Assembly: GCA_964270895.1 (NCBI GenBank)
Contig: OZ185441.1
Strand: one strand, 5' to 3'
DNA from: Podarcis filfolensis
Lineage: Eukaryota
DNA: 64,000 bases
Below are positions 49,616 to 63,273 of the stretch, piece after piece (within the stretch, counting starts at the first letter, position 1; every line of letters begins with the position of its first letter). A program made the position numbers and the translations under genes. The notes below the pieces were generated by a model. That model ran no database searches and was not told the DNA's origin. It saw nothing but the letters and a program-made list of their open reading frames with translations.

Positions 49616-52499
49616 CCCTAATACTGATTTACTCTCATTAGCCTTGCTCTCCACCATATTTGAATTCTTTGGATCAACTTCCCCCACCTTTTCACTGCTG
49701 CTGTTGTTGCTGCAAAGGAGTTATACCTCAAGTAATCACCAGTAAAAATAAAAGCTGGAAAGCAATATTGTTGAGTATCTGGTTTTTTATTTTTCCATTT
49801 CCATTTACAATTGCCAAACTGTCCTCTCTGCTTTTTATGTAAAACTGCAGATGTCTTCTTATTAATCAGGATCCTAATACATTCCAGATGAATAAACAAC
49901 TTTGGAACTATAGCACGTTCTACTCTTTTTTAACCCAGGATTTATTAGAGGAACTTGTTCCAAAAATCTCCTAACTTAAAAAAGATGGTTTATTGTTCCT
50001 TGCTTCTACAGCAGGGGCCTAATAAATGCACTGAAACTATGTCTTTGTCCACTTGCAACACAAAATTCAAGGAGATTTCCAGCCCTGCCGTGTAACTTTA
50101 TCCAAGTTCTTTGAAATCCCAAATAGCTTCCTCAGACTTGGTCTTTAGCATGCTGGAAACATCAAAGACTATCAATTTGGGTACAATATATTAGTGAAAA
50201 CACTATAGTAACTTTGCCCCCATGATCCTTTGCAACACATGCACTTAATATTCATCTGTGTCATCCAAGCACTAACTAAAATACAAAGATATTACTTTAA
50301 AGAGCAGTTTGGTGCACACAGCACAGAGTGTTTTTCCTTAGCTTTGCTCCACATAAAAATTAGAATAATTTAGGAGAATCTACATCTTAGCATCATTTTA
50401 ATTAATGCATAACTGGGCTTTTATGGGGCTAATATTTTTCAGGAAGTTTAGCCTGCAATGAAACCACAATTTCAACATTAAATTATCCACAGCAATCATT
50501 CTCTTTCATAGTTTAAGTTGCGCTCTTTTAGAAAAGAAGGAAAAATGGTTCTCTTCGTGCAATAAACAAACAAACATGGGGAAATGAGGAAATAATGATA
50601 CGGTCTAAAAGTATACATTATCACAATGCATAGCTAATAGCTTATTTATTTCACAGCACAGACATGCCTTCTTACAGTCCCCAACTCGCAAATGCGTTTA
50701 CTGATGCTAGACTCCTATGGCTGGTTCTAAATATAGGACTTTTATGTGCACAGAAATATAGGGGGGGGAGAAGTCTAAAGGTTATAGTAATAACACGGCA
50801 AAGTCCTTTTGAATTAAATAATGAAAAGAGTGCAGGCTTGGGGGTACTGAGGAAATAAGGTAGCTAAATGGTGCCAAGTAACATTAGCCATAGCAAGTCA
50901 GACTAACCTTTTTTATCTGTTTCACAAACATACGTATCTATAAAGTAACATTTTATCCATCCTTTTAAGATTCCAATTTGGTAAATAACTGCCTATGAAA
51001 GTGATGGGTTTCGTATTTTGTGACACAATGAAATAGTTTCCCTTGCTGAGTTTTTGGCACAATTTTTAACCTTCACATTAACTGAGTTATTATTTACAAG
51101 TTGCATAGACATAACAGCTCACAGTTGGAGAAAAGAACTGCCTAATAAATCCCAGTAATGAATGGAATGGAATCCAATAAAGGCAAGATAATTCTCATGC
51201 AAAGTCTTTAACAGGCAAGAGCAATCCTTATCTGCCACCCATCTTTTTCTACTGGGCAGATATAACCTAGTCCATGCATCACAGTCAAACTATGTTTTGG
51301 GTTTGCATATTTCCCCTTCTGTCCATGTGCTTCCTCATTATCTGGTTCACAGTTTCCATAATTTGCTATGGGATCCAAATTGGGCAAACAATGGTTACTG
51401 CAACCGACAATTAGCCACAAAATCAGAACCAGAAAGACTCTTCAAATGATGGTTTTGAACAATTCTGGATGGAATCAATGGCTTTCCTGATTCAGACACC
51501 ACAGAGCACTATGTTTTACCACAAATTAGAATGTGTACATGGGAAGAGGTGAGAAGTGAAGGGAGGAAGAAGGAACTGAATGAGGAAGAGTGTCCATTTC
51601 CAGAAACTAATACTATGTGAGCTGTGCCAGTATAACTACAGGATATAGTTTGCATGAAACTTACTTTATCAAATGGATGACTCTATCCTCGCCTTCCTGG
51701 TTACTGTTAAGTAGAAGTAAGGGGTGATTTCACACCTCCCTAATTTGAGGGAGTCCGTGTTTTCAAATTTGCTTTAAACTAGTCCTCAGTGTTAAAGCTT
51801 AAAAGCTCTTTTCTGATTCTGTACCGATTATGTGCATAACGTATAGAATACAGCATGATGTTGAACTATCAAAAGATATCAATCAAAATTCAAGTGTATT
51901 GTGCATGGATGTAATACTGAGATAGAACTTAGGGATGGAATATAAGCCCAGTGGTAAATACTTCTGTTCCCTGCAGAGAAATTTCACAGCTGGGATTTAG
52001 AGGAATTCTTATTCCACAAACTTTTAACTACTATATTCCCCCAATGGTGACAAAATGGTGCTAACAGCAGAAACACGAAATCAAATCCTCCTCAGCTGGT
52101 GACTTTCAACTACCGAGTCAGGGCTTCCCAACTTCCTCTGCTTCCAGTTTTCACACTACAACTAAAACGATATATTTATCAGGGTGTTTTGGTTTTTTTC
52201 AGTGAGCCTTTTGTATGGAAAACAGGAAATCCACAGAAATCCACTGTTATTACAAGTATATAACACCAAGAGAATGTGTGTGTATACTGTGCTAAAAGAA
52301 TTAAAAGACTCATCACTAAGAAGAGCCAAGCAATGTGCAAATATTTACTCGGCAGAAATTAGTTATTGTTCTGCTAGTCATGGGGAGGAGCAAGGGATTA
52401 CGCAAGCTCTCATCCCTTCCCAGGACCAGTGCTGGTGCTCTTCAGCTTCATCTAGTTTCTAAAATCCCATCTACATTTCAAGTCTGTCTGCTAGCTTTA

Positions 52500-52600
52500 A
52501 GGACCAGAGGAACACCAAGAAAAACCTGTTGGCTAGGACTGATGGGAGTTGTAGTCCAAAACATCTGCAGGGCACCAAGTATGGGGAGGCTGGGCTACAA
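52500..52600. mobile_element. Palindromic hAT-type MITE half copy
   Basis: ggctaggactgatgggagttgtagtccaaaacatctgcagggcacc. Confidence 0.65.
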
Positions 52601-55526
52601 ACAGATTTGTTTCAAAAATGAAAGCCAAGATTCTTCCATTTTTTAAAAATTCTGTGGCAAAGGAGAAAGACTTCAGTCTTGCAAGATCTACGTGGTTGGT
52701 TTACAAGGTCCACCCATCAGAGCCAGGTGCAGAATGATAAAAAAAAGATACGGCTGGTGTGGAGCCAATGATCTATTATGTCTACCTACCTACACTGTGA
52801 GTGTAGTGCATTGGGATGATCTGTGTTTACAAGCACAAATCTTTATCTGAGTTACTGCAGATGAGGTATTCCAGCATTCTAAGACTGGGCCAACATATAT
52901 GGACAAAGAGTCAGTCAAAGGCACTCACTTGCTATTAGTATTTCACAGGCAAACAACATTTAGGCTGAGAGATAAAGAATTAGCACAAGATCAACCATAG
53001 GATATCTAATATTTTAAGCAAGTTCTGTCAACACTCTTCAACATATAGTGCCATGGTCCCAGCGGGGAAATACTGAGGTTCTGAGATTCATGCTAAGGTA
53101 AGTAACTGTCCACAAGTCTGCAGTCTTTTTGTTGTTGCTATTGTTAAAAACTGGAAGAAATAAACTCTTACTGGTGTCTTGCAAATTGCCCAGAAATCTT
53201 ACTACCAGAGCCTGAGCCACCTTCCATAAACCTCGATGCAGAAATGCTTAATGCAAGGTGCCCTCCTGCCTTCATCCAACATTAGGAGTTATAAAGCATC
53301 TTCATGCTTTCCTCACTTTTCCTATCTTTTCTGTTCCTTCCTCTTTCCTGCCCTTCTAATCCCAGACCCTTCTCCCAAGGATACATAATGGAGAAGTGGC
53401 TTACATAAGGGACGACATCAAACACAATGAAAGCCCCATGTAAATAATATGCAAATGTGTTACAAATTACACCTGCAGAGCAAATTTATTGCTTTCCTTA
53501 AAGGCTATAAAATAAGAGATTTGTCCTGTATACATTTTAATGCACTTCAAAACATATATTAAATTGCCTACTTCTGTTAGACAGACCATTCAAACTTTTA
53601 AGTGCAAAGTAAATACCAAGTGCTATGTTAGTAATAATACACAGCCCTAGCATAAAGCTTTTTGTGCTTTCTACCTCCAGTGGGGTCCAGGAACACATAA
53701 TTGCTGCTTTCCCCCTAGTTATCTAATCATTACACTGAATGGAAGCCTGTTCGCTATTACTTCACATTTCATAATTATAATTGTAAGAACTGCTTTTGGT
53801 GTTCCAGAAACTACTGTGGATCTTAGTAGTTGATTGTGCCTCTTTAAATTCCATATTTTCTATGCACACTACAAAAACCAAAATGAATTTTATTTCTGCA
53901 TAGTTCTATATAAAACTACATTCACATGTAACCACAAACATATTATATATCAACATAGCATATATAAAGCACCTATACACCTCACTTCTTCGTTTTACCA
54001 GAATTTAATTATTGGAAACAGTGCAAGTTTATTACCTTTTTAAATTATCCTTCCTTGTTGTACCTATAAACAAGAAACCAATACTCTCTATTTCTTCATG
54101 TTTGCCATTAATTTCCTCTCTCAAATGAAGGAATTACTGGAGGATATCTGTTTCCTTGCCCGGGGGGGCGGGGCGGGGAAGACTTAATGGCACCTCAAAA
54201 TATAAGACCCCCAAAAATGAAAACATGTGCTGCTTCTTTCTTCATAACAGAAAAACATTTGATGCTAGAACTGTCATAAAAAATACGCTTTTCGCAAAAT
54301 TGAAGGTTGCTAAGAAATACCACTTTTAAAAGAAAGTACAGGATATTTTCAAATGCTACAGTTGGTCAATGATGTGTCAAAACTGGGAGGGGAAAGAGTT
54401 TTCTGTATTCATTTATCTTTACTTTTAATTAGCAAATGAAAAGGGAGGAGAAACGTTATAGGAATGTGGGAAAAAACATTTTTAAAAGACCAGTGGCGTG
54501 TGTGTGTTGCAACTTCCAAACAAACTACTGCAGGTGAGCATAGGGTTAGATTCCTGGTTACCTGTGACAGACCTCTATCCATGGGACATTCTGCTGGAGG
54601 AAGCATGATAAACGAATAGACAGGGGAACTAATTTTTGCCAATTCCCTTTCCTCCCCAGCCCCCTGTGCCCTTTGAAAAGCAGCTCCCAAGGAGTGGGGA
54701 ACACTCCAAAGCAGTGTGGAAGATAGTGCTAGACTGATGGGGGACTTAGTGAAAATCTCCTCCCTGTCTCTTCTCAGACAGAAGCATCTCTGCTTTCCTT
54801 TCCACAGCTAGAAGGCAGCCTTCTCCTCACAGAAGTGCAAGACAGCATGACACCAGGGTCAGGTTATTGGCAAGATGCATGCTCAATTGCATTCCAGTGT
54901 AAATGCACCACACATCTGTGATCCATAAAAGTAAAGCCTGATTCAGGTATCCTTCCATCACATAGTTGCTACTGAAAATGACATCTATATAGTGGGGCTG
55001 CATGAAGATGCAAGAAGTCTCACAGCTGCATGCAAGTTAGGGACACTCATTTGACATCTACACAAAACCATGTCTTCGGCCAATCCTGTGGGATCCTCTC
55101 CCAAAAGAGATCCAGCTGTCTAGATTACTGACCACAGTTTGGGAAAGCCGAAGCTAGAAGGTAAGAATTGGGGAAACACTGTGGTTCAGTCTAACCCTTT
55201 CACCTCCATCATGTCCAATTCACCAGACTGAAAGTATATTATGGGGTAAAGGGACGATAATAAGAGGTTGAGAGCATGGGAGCAGGGCTTTTCTTGTTTT
55301 AATGTGGGCAGAATATACCAACAGAACTCCCCTAACGCTGAAATCAAAGAACCATAGGAACTTCTGGTTGTGCATCAGGGCCCCATGAACTTTTGGACTG
55401 GCCTACATGCCTGAAGACTACCCAAAAGCTTTAATAATCCTGTGGGTAAGTTCTTTCATGCAATAAATGAGTAGAGACATATTGAAGGAAATTCCCCAGG
55501 AGCTAGTGCTGTAAGCACCAAAAAGA

Positions 55527-55528
<2 letters not shown>

Positions 55529-55572
<44 letters not shown>
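55529..55572. repeat. (CT)n microsatellite
   Basis: Direct reading. Confidence 0.97.
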
Positions 55573-55575
<3 letters not shown>

Positions 55576-56062
55576 CCCCCCTCCCTCATGTGTGTGTGGT
55601 TTGATCAGCAGAAGTACTGAATAAGTCAATGGTATCCAAAACTAAACAAAAAACTAGTCAGACAATTTGAATAATATTTCAACATTTGAAGTTTTGCACA
55701 AGGTTTAACCGTTCATGCCTTTTGACATAGTTAGAAGGCTAAAGAGGGTTTTTAAAAAAGATACACACACATTTAAAAAATACTTTTTTATCTTTGGTCT
55801 AAGGTGCATCTTGCAATCAAGACAACCACAAAAGCACTACACCAAATACCTACCCTCTTAAATTAATGGGGCAACCAGCACAGTCAGATTAGAATTTAGA
55901 TTTAGTGAGAGGGAGGCAATCTCAGTAAATATTTAAGACATTGGTTGATAACCATTTAAGAAACTGTTCATTCAATATTAATGTACTTCTAGAGGGAGAG
56001 GCATGCACGTCCACAGCAACATACACGTACTAAATGCTTCCTTCAAAGACACACAAACACAC

Positions 56063-56066
<4 letters not shown>

Positions 56067-56100
<34 letters not shown>
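56067..56100. repeat. (AG)n microsatellite
   Basis: Direct reading. Confidence 0.97.
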
Positions 56101-56106
<6 letters not shown>

Positions 56107-57080
56107 AGCCTTCTGCACTTTTACATTTGCAAGAAATTGCTTGCACAGTGGGTCTATGGATTTGTCATAATACCTACAAGGCCCAAGTTGAGAATACATG
56201 AGGGTTTACAGAGCTGGACTCGTAAAGGCTGCCAGTGCTCTGGACTTGGAAAGAAGCCTCTGAGGGTGATGTGCTTGCTGCTATGCCCTTCTGCTCGACA
56301 CACACGTGCAAACATGCAGTGATCCATAAAGACAGAGTGAGTCAAATGAAAGAAAGGTGATGAGTTGACAGCATCAGCTAAAGGATGTCCAGAGAAGCTA
56401 CGACTGAATGGTGGAGATGTTAAGGTCTGGCACTTATCCACAGACTCCAAACTAGAAAGGGTGGGGGCAGGTTAGAATCAAGCTCTCTGTATATCTTTCA
56501 GTCTGATCTGATAAAATTTTCTCCTCTGCATTTTAACCCTTATATCACTCTAGAATCCTGACATGTAGAACTTAAACCTTCCTTCTTACAAAATGCATGC
56601 TTTCCACTCTGCCGGCTGCAACACCAGCCAGTGAACACAAACACATAAACACCCACAAACTCTTCCTCCACTCCACATTCAGAGGAGAGAAAAAAAACTA
56701 ATTTAAAGTATATCAAACAAAACACATTTTGATAATGTATAAAGATAATACCCAGTGGATTCCTGAAAGATACATGAAATTAATCCCTCTTCTGAAGGCC
56801 TTGATGCGAGCTTTACACTCTTGGGGTGAATTTAAAATCCCACAAAAGCCCATGATTTATTTCCTTCCAGAATAACAGCAGCAAACACAGATAATTTTAA
56901 GCAATGCAAAACATCTCTTTAAAATTGCTCGGATTGGAAACAGAGGGTGAAAGAACAGGAATTAGGAATTTTTGAGCACTTATTTTCTCCCTATCATAAC
57001 TTTGACATGACTTGCACTGTCTGTCCCCAAGCCTGAAGGTTCTAATTTTGACCCCCAGCTATTCTCTGTTTACAATACTT

Positions 57081-57433
57081 CAGGGGTAGGGGACCTCTGG
57101 ACCACAGGCCAATCTTGGCCTGTCTGGGAGTCCAATGTGGCCTATGAGGCCATTTCCCCAAATCACATGCTGGTGTCCGTCCAATTGGCAAGCGTTGTCA
57201 GCTGATGGATGGTGTTCAATTCTGCAGTGGCTGCACCCTGCAGTTGCCCACAGGAAATTGTTGGATGCAGCCAAAGCAGCAAGATTTAACCTCCCATTGA
57301 TGAGATGGTGAATGCAGGGTGCTGCTGCTGCAGATCCTGCTCAGAACCCAAGAGAGAACAGAACTGAAGTCTCTGCTAATCAGCTTAATTGACATCCAAA
57401 AACATCTGGAGAGCCACAGGTTCTCCACCCCTG
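57081..57433. mobile_element. hAT-type MITE, about 350 bp
   Basis: TIRs caggggtaggggacct / aggttctccacccctg (13 of 16); no clean TSD. Confidence 0.7.
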
Positions 57434-57479
57434 TAGTACAGTGATGTTTCCACACTGGGAACTATTTAGAGTGGGGTAT

Positions 57480-58430
57480 GCATCAGGTGCCAAAAGACCA
57501 GGTAAAGAGCTACATCTTCAGAATATAGTTGTACCTTGGAAGTCGAACAGAATTCATTCCAGAAGTCCATTCAACTTCCAAAATGTTTAGATACCAAGGC
57601 GTGGCTCCTGCAGCCAATCAGAAGCCACGGAAGCCACATTGGATGCTCGGGTTCCAAAGGACGTTCGCAAACTGGAACACTCCGAGTATGACTGTACAAC
57701 AAAAACAATGAAGGCACCAGACACAGCTCTGCAAGAAGGGAATTTCACAGCTGCCACAGAGAATGCCTTCTCTCAAGGAACCACCACCATGACCTGGCCT
57801 GAACATCTTCAGAAGTGCCTTACAAAATTACATCTTCCAAAGGTGCCATAGCAATTATCTCCCAGACACAATGGTGGTGGTGAAGTGAGCTTTCTTCACT
57901 GCCATTGCCTCCATATGTGCTTTCAGCCCTTTGGTGAGGTTCTTACTGACATTTATGCCCCCTGTTTTCTAGCAGTCAGTCTTCCTGGTTCATCGCACAC
58001 AAGTCAGCAGAGTATCAGCGCACCCTCTGGACCCTGACAGCAAGGGCCCCTAGGAGCAAACGTGTCAATGACTCTATGCACCTCACCATTCCATAGCAGG
58101 ACAGGAGTGCCTGCCATGTCAGCTGGAAAATCCCCCTGGACATTCAGAAATCCATCAGATTCCGCAAGTTGCCATGCATGGCCTATCTCAACCCAGATCA
58201 CACCAGTCTGGACAAGACCACCCAATCAAAGGAGTATTATCAATGAAAAATAATAGATTACGGACATGCCCAGACACACCAGTCAAGCCAACAAGATAGT
58301 GAAACAGCCCTATGTCTGTCATGGAGACCATGAAATCCTGAGCTGACCCGTCTGAGGCAGCTTTAGTGTGGACATTGAAGGCGTTTTCCAAGACTACCTC
58401 CACTAGCTAGGTCAGGGAGGTTGCAGTGCA
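57480..58430 (-). mobile_element. Decayed L2-clade LINE: endonuclease C-terminus and linker joined to the ORF2 3' end
   Basis: ORF 58188-58403 (FNVHTKAASDGSAQDFMVSMTDIGL..VGLTGVSGH, matching the APE GDFNxH...PTHxxGH region); ORF 58004-58225 (LWNGEVHRVIDTFAP); then AMAVKKAHFTTTI, followed directly by gagaaggcattctctgtggcagc 3' sequence. Confidence 0.75.
57526..57694. mobile_element. Second Tigger-like MITE family, inserted at a TA inside an L2 remnant
   Basis: ta|tagttgtaccttggaagtcgaac ... ccgagtatgactg|ta. Confidence 0.7.
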
Positions 58431-59954
58431 GTGCAGTGGATGATATACTAAGAATATCTCTGTTCACAGGTCCACAAGCAATTCCTCAACCCCAGACATA
58501 ACATGGATTGGTATCCTGCCAAGGGAAACTAAATTTTCAGAGTATCCTGCCTCCCCACCTTCCTCAACCTAGAACGATGTTGTGCTGTGTATCAAGGCAA
58601 ACACAGCTGGGTTAGCATAAAGTCACCCAGCTAACGCATACACACTATAGAGTGAAACCAGACCTTATAATTATTATACATTCATATATACATTTGGATA
58701 TGATTATACACCTTTGGAAGAAGGCAAAGTTCCCTAAGCATTCGGCCTCTCCCTGGGCAAAAAGCATCTTTGTATAGAGGGTTTAATAAGCCTAGGCATA
58801 TCATCACATTTGCCACTTCTTAAGAAAAGTACCATTATAATATGTCTGAAATCAGTTTGCTTGCTTGCTTGTCACACATGGGATACTGGCAAAAAGCTTT
58901 AACAGAGCCTTTGCTGAAAATACTCAATAGGAATTTATGGCTCATTTCTACTATTTTAAAATGTCATCACCATTCAGTGTAATACTGGAATGACTTCCAC
59001 ATCTGAGGATTGTGATGTTACAGAGTGAAGAATCTTAATTGGAATATATCCATCCAAACTAATTTTTGATAGGCTATTCATGTCCATTCATTCATCTCCT
59101 ACACGGAGATATGAAAAATGCAGCTTCCTTGCTTCTACATAACAGCAGTTAAGTCAGTAATGTATCACCAGATAATATGAACGGTCCACAGCAAAAATTA
59201 AACTAGTGTAAACAAGGCCAGTGAAGACTAAAAAGGACATGAAAAGCCCCATTTCACACCAGGTATCTTCTTCAGTTATTTCACGGCACTTAAATTTGAG
59301 TACTTTGTCATGATACCTATATTCTTATATTTATGATTAAATGGGCAGATAAGCATCCCCTGGAAGGGACACCTGAGAAAGTAACAAAGAAAATCAAACA
59401 CCTGTAATTTCCCCCACCCCCACCCCTTTTTAAATGACAGGTCTATTTAGCATCAATGTGGAAGAGCTCCATGATTCAAGCTATGAAAGCAGAAACATGT
59501 GATCAAGTCCCATTTACCTCAATGGGATGTACTCAAGAGTAAACACATTTATAATCACAGCCTAAGTCCCGTTAGGAGTAAGGCAGATAACATTATCAGC
59601 ATACTACACCTGTTGTACACAGACGGAAGAAGAAACCCCTCAGCTTAATTTACTGACCAAAAACCCCAGTTGCAGTTCTGCTGAAATGAAACAGTTCGTT
59701 GCAATTTTATCACCTAATTGAGAGGCCACCATGTGGCAGTATTCCAAGACCTTTGTTTAGGCTGTTTATCATCTTCCACTATCATGTCTCAGTGTTACTG
59801 GCCAAAATTAGAACGGTATATGTATATGTGTAAATAGACAGACAGATAGTAACGAGAGCATCAAAAAGCACTTCAGACTAATTCATTCTGGATCCTGGAT
59901 TTAAAATTCTTGTATACTTAGTCACTTTATAACACACACATAAACACACACTTT

Positions 59955-59957
<3 letters not shown>

Positions 59958-59995
<38 letters not shown>
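59958..59995. repeat. (CA)n microsatellite
   Basis: Direct reading. Confidence 0.97.
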
Positions 59996-59998
<3 letters not shown>

Positions 59999-60020
59999 TA
60001 TCGGTATCGATATCCATGTA

Positions 60021-60246
60021 CAGTGGTACCTCGGGTTACAGACGCTTCAGGTTACAGACTCCGCTAGCCCAGAAATAGTACCTCGGGTTAAGAACTTTGC
60101 TTCAGGATGAGAACAGAAATCGTGCTCCGTTGGCGCGGCAGCAGCAGGAGGCCCCATTAGCTAAAGTGGTGCTTCAGGTTAAGAACAGTTTCAGCTTAAG
60201 AACGGACCTCCAGAACGAATTAAGTACTTAACCCGAGGTACCACTG
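60021..60246 (-). mobile_element. Tigger-like MITE, copy 4, 226 bp, orientation B
   Basis: Perfect TIRs and TA flanks; about 11 differences from the reverse complement of copy 1 (about 95% identity, counted by eye). Confidence 0.94.
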
Positions 60247-60910
60247 TACAGACTTAAAAGTGGATTATTTGAAGTTTGCTTCCTTACATTTTCTATCTCT
60301 CCAAACCTTACATATTTCCCCCCCCCAAAAAAAAATGTTTGCAATCATCAAACAAATCATGCATTGATCCATTTATCGGTGTGAACAATCCCTACATTAT
60401 GATGTACTAGAAGTTACAGATAAAATTATGTGGGTCAATTTTTTTCTGCATCCTTGTCTACAGTGCTTTTCGTCACTATTCTTGAGGGTAACAGCAGCAG
60501 GATAATGCTGGTCACATAACGACAAGGTGCTGTGCCAAACTAGTCCACACACCAGTACATTAATGCTGAGCTGATCAAATGCCTGTAGCCACAGTGCAGC
60601 CTATCCAGCTGCCTCCAGCATATCTAGGAAGTGATCTGCAAGTTATCCTCTCATAGTTGCTTACAGTACATTTCACCTTCCTCCTCCAAAATCCTCCAGT
60701 AGGTGCCTGCAGCAACCTGCATACAAGGGTTCCACGAGTCATCAATCTGATACCATTTATAGTTGTTTTGAGGGGTCTATGGAAGGGGTACTATTCTAAG
60801 GCACATCTGGGAAGTGGGGGCACACTGAACAGAAAGAGGAAAAATGACTATTGAGGAAAAGACAAACAGAAAGCCTGCCAGGCTAACTTTTAGGACTTCT
60901 TTTTGCACAT

Positions 60911-61248
60911 GGGTGGTGCTGTGGGTTAAACCACAGAGCCTAGGGCTTGCCGATCAGAAGGTCAGCAGTTCGAATCCCCGTGACGGGTTGAGCTCCCTGC
61001 TCCTGCCAACCTAGCAGTTTGAAAGCAAGTCAAAGTGCAAGTAGATAAATAGGTACCACTCCAGCGGGAAGGTAAATGGTGTTTCCGTGCGCTGCTCTGG
61101 TTCGCCAGAAGCGGCTTAGTCATGCTGGCCACACGACCCAGAAGCTGTATGCCAGCTCCCTTGGCCAATAAAGTGAGATGAGCGCCGCAACCCCAGAGTC
61201 ATCTGCGAATGGACCTAATGGTCAGGGGTCCCTTTACCCTTTACCTTT
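60911..61248 (+). mobile_element. Near full-length Sauria SINE
   Basis: gggtggtgctgtgggttaaaccacagagcc head, B-box gttcgaatcc, tail cctttaccctttaccttt. Confidence 0.93.
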
Positions 61249-63045
61249 AAAAAGAAAAAGGGTGAAGTAGCTGCACTGTACTTTACTGTAGCCTCCTTTG
61301 CTCGTCTGTTCTATTGGAGTGACAAGGCTGTGGTAGCGTGATAGAAAGTTATCAACACATGGTTATTGTACTGCTTCTGAAGCTCTGCATTTGTAAAACT
61401 GAGTTAGTGAGAAAAGAAATCAGTCTTAAGGCTCCTCCCACCAGCAATATCCCTAGGAGTGGCCAGGGACAAATCACCTTGTGGGCTCCCTCATTGCCTT
61501 CACCACCACTCTGGCCTCTGCCACTGCTCCTGCTCTACATGCTGGCAATGGTCTCTGTGCCTAATAATTCCGGTTATTCTGAATGCTACAGCTCTGCACA
61601 GGTATGACCTGAAAGCACTGCTGCTTGCTTTAATTAACTTTTAAAAAACAACCCATAAAATGCTCTGGCTTCAGTATTTCTTCAGCAGCAATGGCATTCA
61701 TGCTTGCCAGGGTAGCATTTTGCACAAATTCTTTATTAAGACAGGTGGGCGGGACAAAGGAGGTTTTTGAATCAGCTGTACTTGATATATAGGGACATAA
61801 ACAAAGGGTCAAAATCATCTGTCATAACAAAAAAACAAAACAGATTTTACATGGGTTTTATTATGTCATATTCCCATGTGAACACTTTTGATGGACATGA
61901 GTAGGCGCATGAGAACATAAACTGAAATGGCTTCAAAAAGAAATTTTCTATCCTTGGATTATGAAAAGTAGAGCTTATACACTGTTATACAAGAAAATTC
62001 TGTCCCAGCATTCAGATGACAAGGCGCTTGAGCTATACATTCGTGGTTTATAATGCCACCCGAACTCTCTATGGAATTATATATAGAATAAATGAGAGGC
62101 TATAATACATGCCGTAAGTACCTAATATAGCCTTATAAATTATAGGCTTTTACTGCCTTGCAGTTTACAATGTAATGCCTCACACAGACACGTGCAGGCA
62201 TGCACAGCGATGATACAATATCCTGATACAAGACACAGTATCATTCTTAAGCGCCAAGAAAATCCTGTATTGTGGCAAAACAAAACAAAACAAACACTTC
62301 AAGGCATCAACAGATTTTGAAGACAAAAAGTGAGACACAGTATAAAGACAGGAAATGGCAGATAGGCACATTTGGACTAAACTGGAAAAGCAAACGTTTG
62401 GCTTTAGGGATGACTTCCTGCTCTCCGCTGCCACCTGGGAGATTCTAGGCTGAAATCTTTACTCCAGGGACAGGGCAAAGGGTGCCTCACATCATTGAGC
62501 ATCATTCTCTCCAGCAGATTAAGGAGCAGCACTGATGGGCTTCACTGGGATTCCTAGCCACATCTCAGCATGTGGAAGGATGGCGTTGCAATGCTGGCAT
62601 TACATTCTGACAGCTAAAAGTAAATAAAGTGGATATCAACGAAAGGTGAGGAGCCCCTGATATATTATAGAGGGGTTTTCCCCCACTCAAACCTGGACAA
62701 ACGTAAGATAAAACATACTTTATTTTAAAATCAGCTTTTGTTTTTAAAGTTCATCTCCACTAATTTCAACAGAACTAAGTTCCAGCTAAATGTGCTTGGG
62801 CGCATAGGCTGTGCCCACCGCTCATTCTGCTTGTCAAACTCCTGTCATTAACCACATTAACCCCCTCAGGCTTCCCCTTCCCACTCCATGCAACTACAAA
62901 GATTGCTTTTCATCTTCCCAACCCCATTTCTGAAGCCACTCCTTTCTTTTATTCTGCAGCTCTACTTTGCACCCCAGTTTCCACCTCATGCAGCTTCCCA
63001 ACTCCTTTGGGGGGAAGCCCCCTTGCACACCCCCCCCCCCCGGAT

Positions 63046-63228
63046 GTTGAGTTGTTGTTGGTATCCGTCTGTCAAGAGAGACAGTCTGGGGCACAAGCCT
63101 GGGCAGAGAAATACGTTTGGCACCAGTTTGGCTGGAAGAGTTGCCAGAAGGAGGCGTACAAGGTGCCATCCAACTGCCTTAGGGACTCCACTCCAAATTT
63201 GTGTAGGGCTTACTCCTTTGCCTTTTCT

Positions 63229-63273
<45 letters not shown>

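Noticed and set aside
44560-58430. The two opposite-orientation L2 pieces (RT and endonuclease) as one element split by a 13-kb inversion
   Set aside because: Both pieces carry their own ORF2 3'-end sequence, so they are independent insertions
28645-61248. Inverted Sauria SINE pair as a dsRNA or editing substrate
   Set aside because: They are 32 kb apart within the same intron and diverged, so pairing is unlikely to matter
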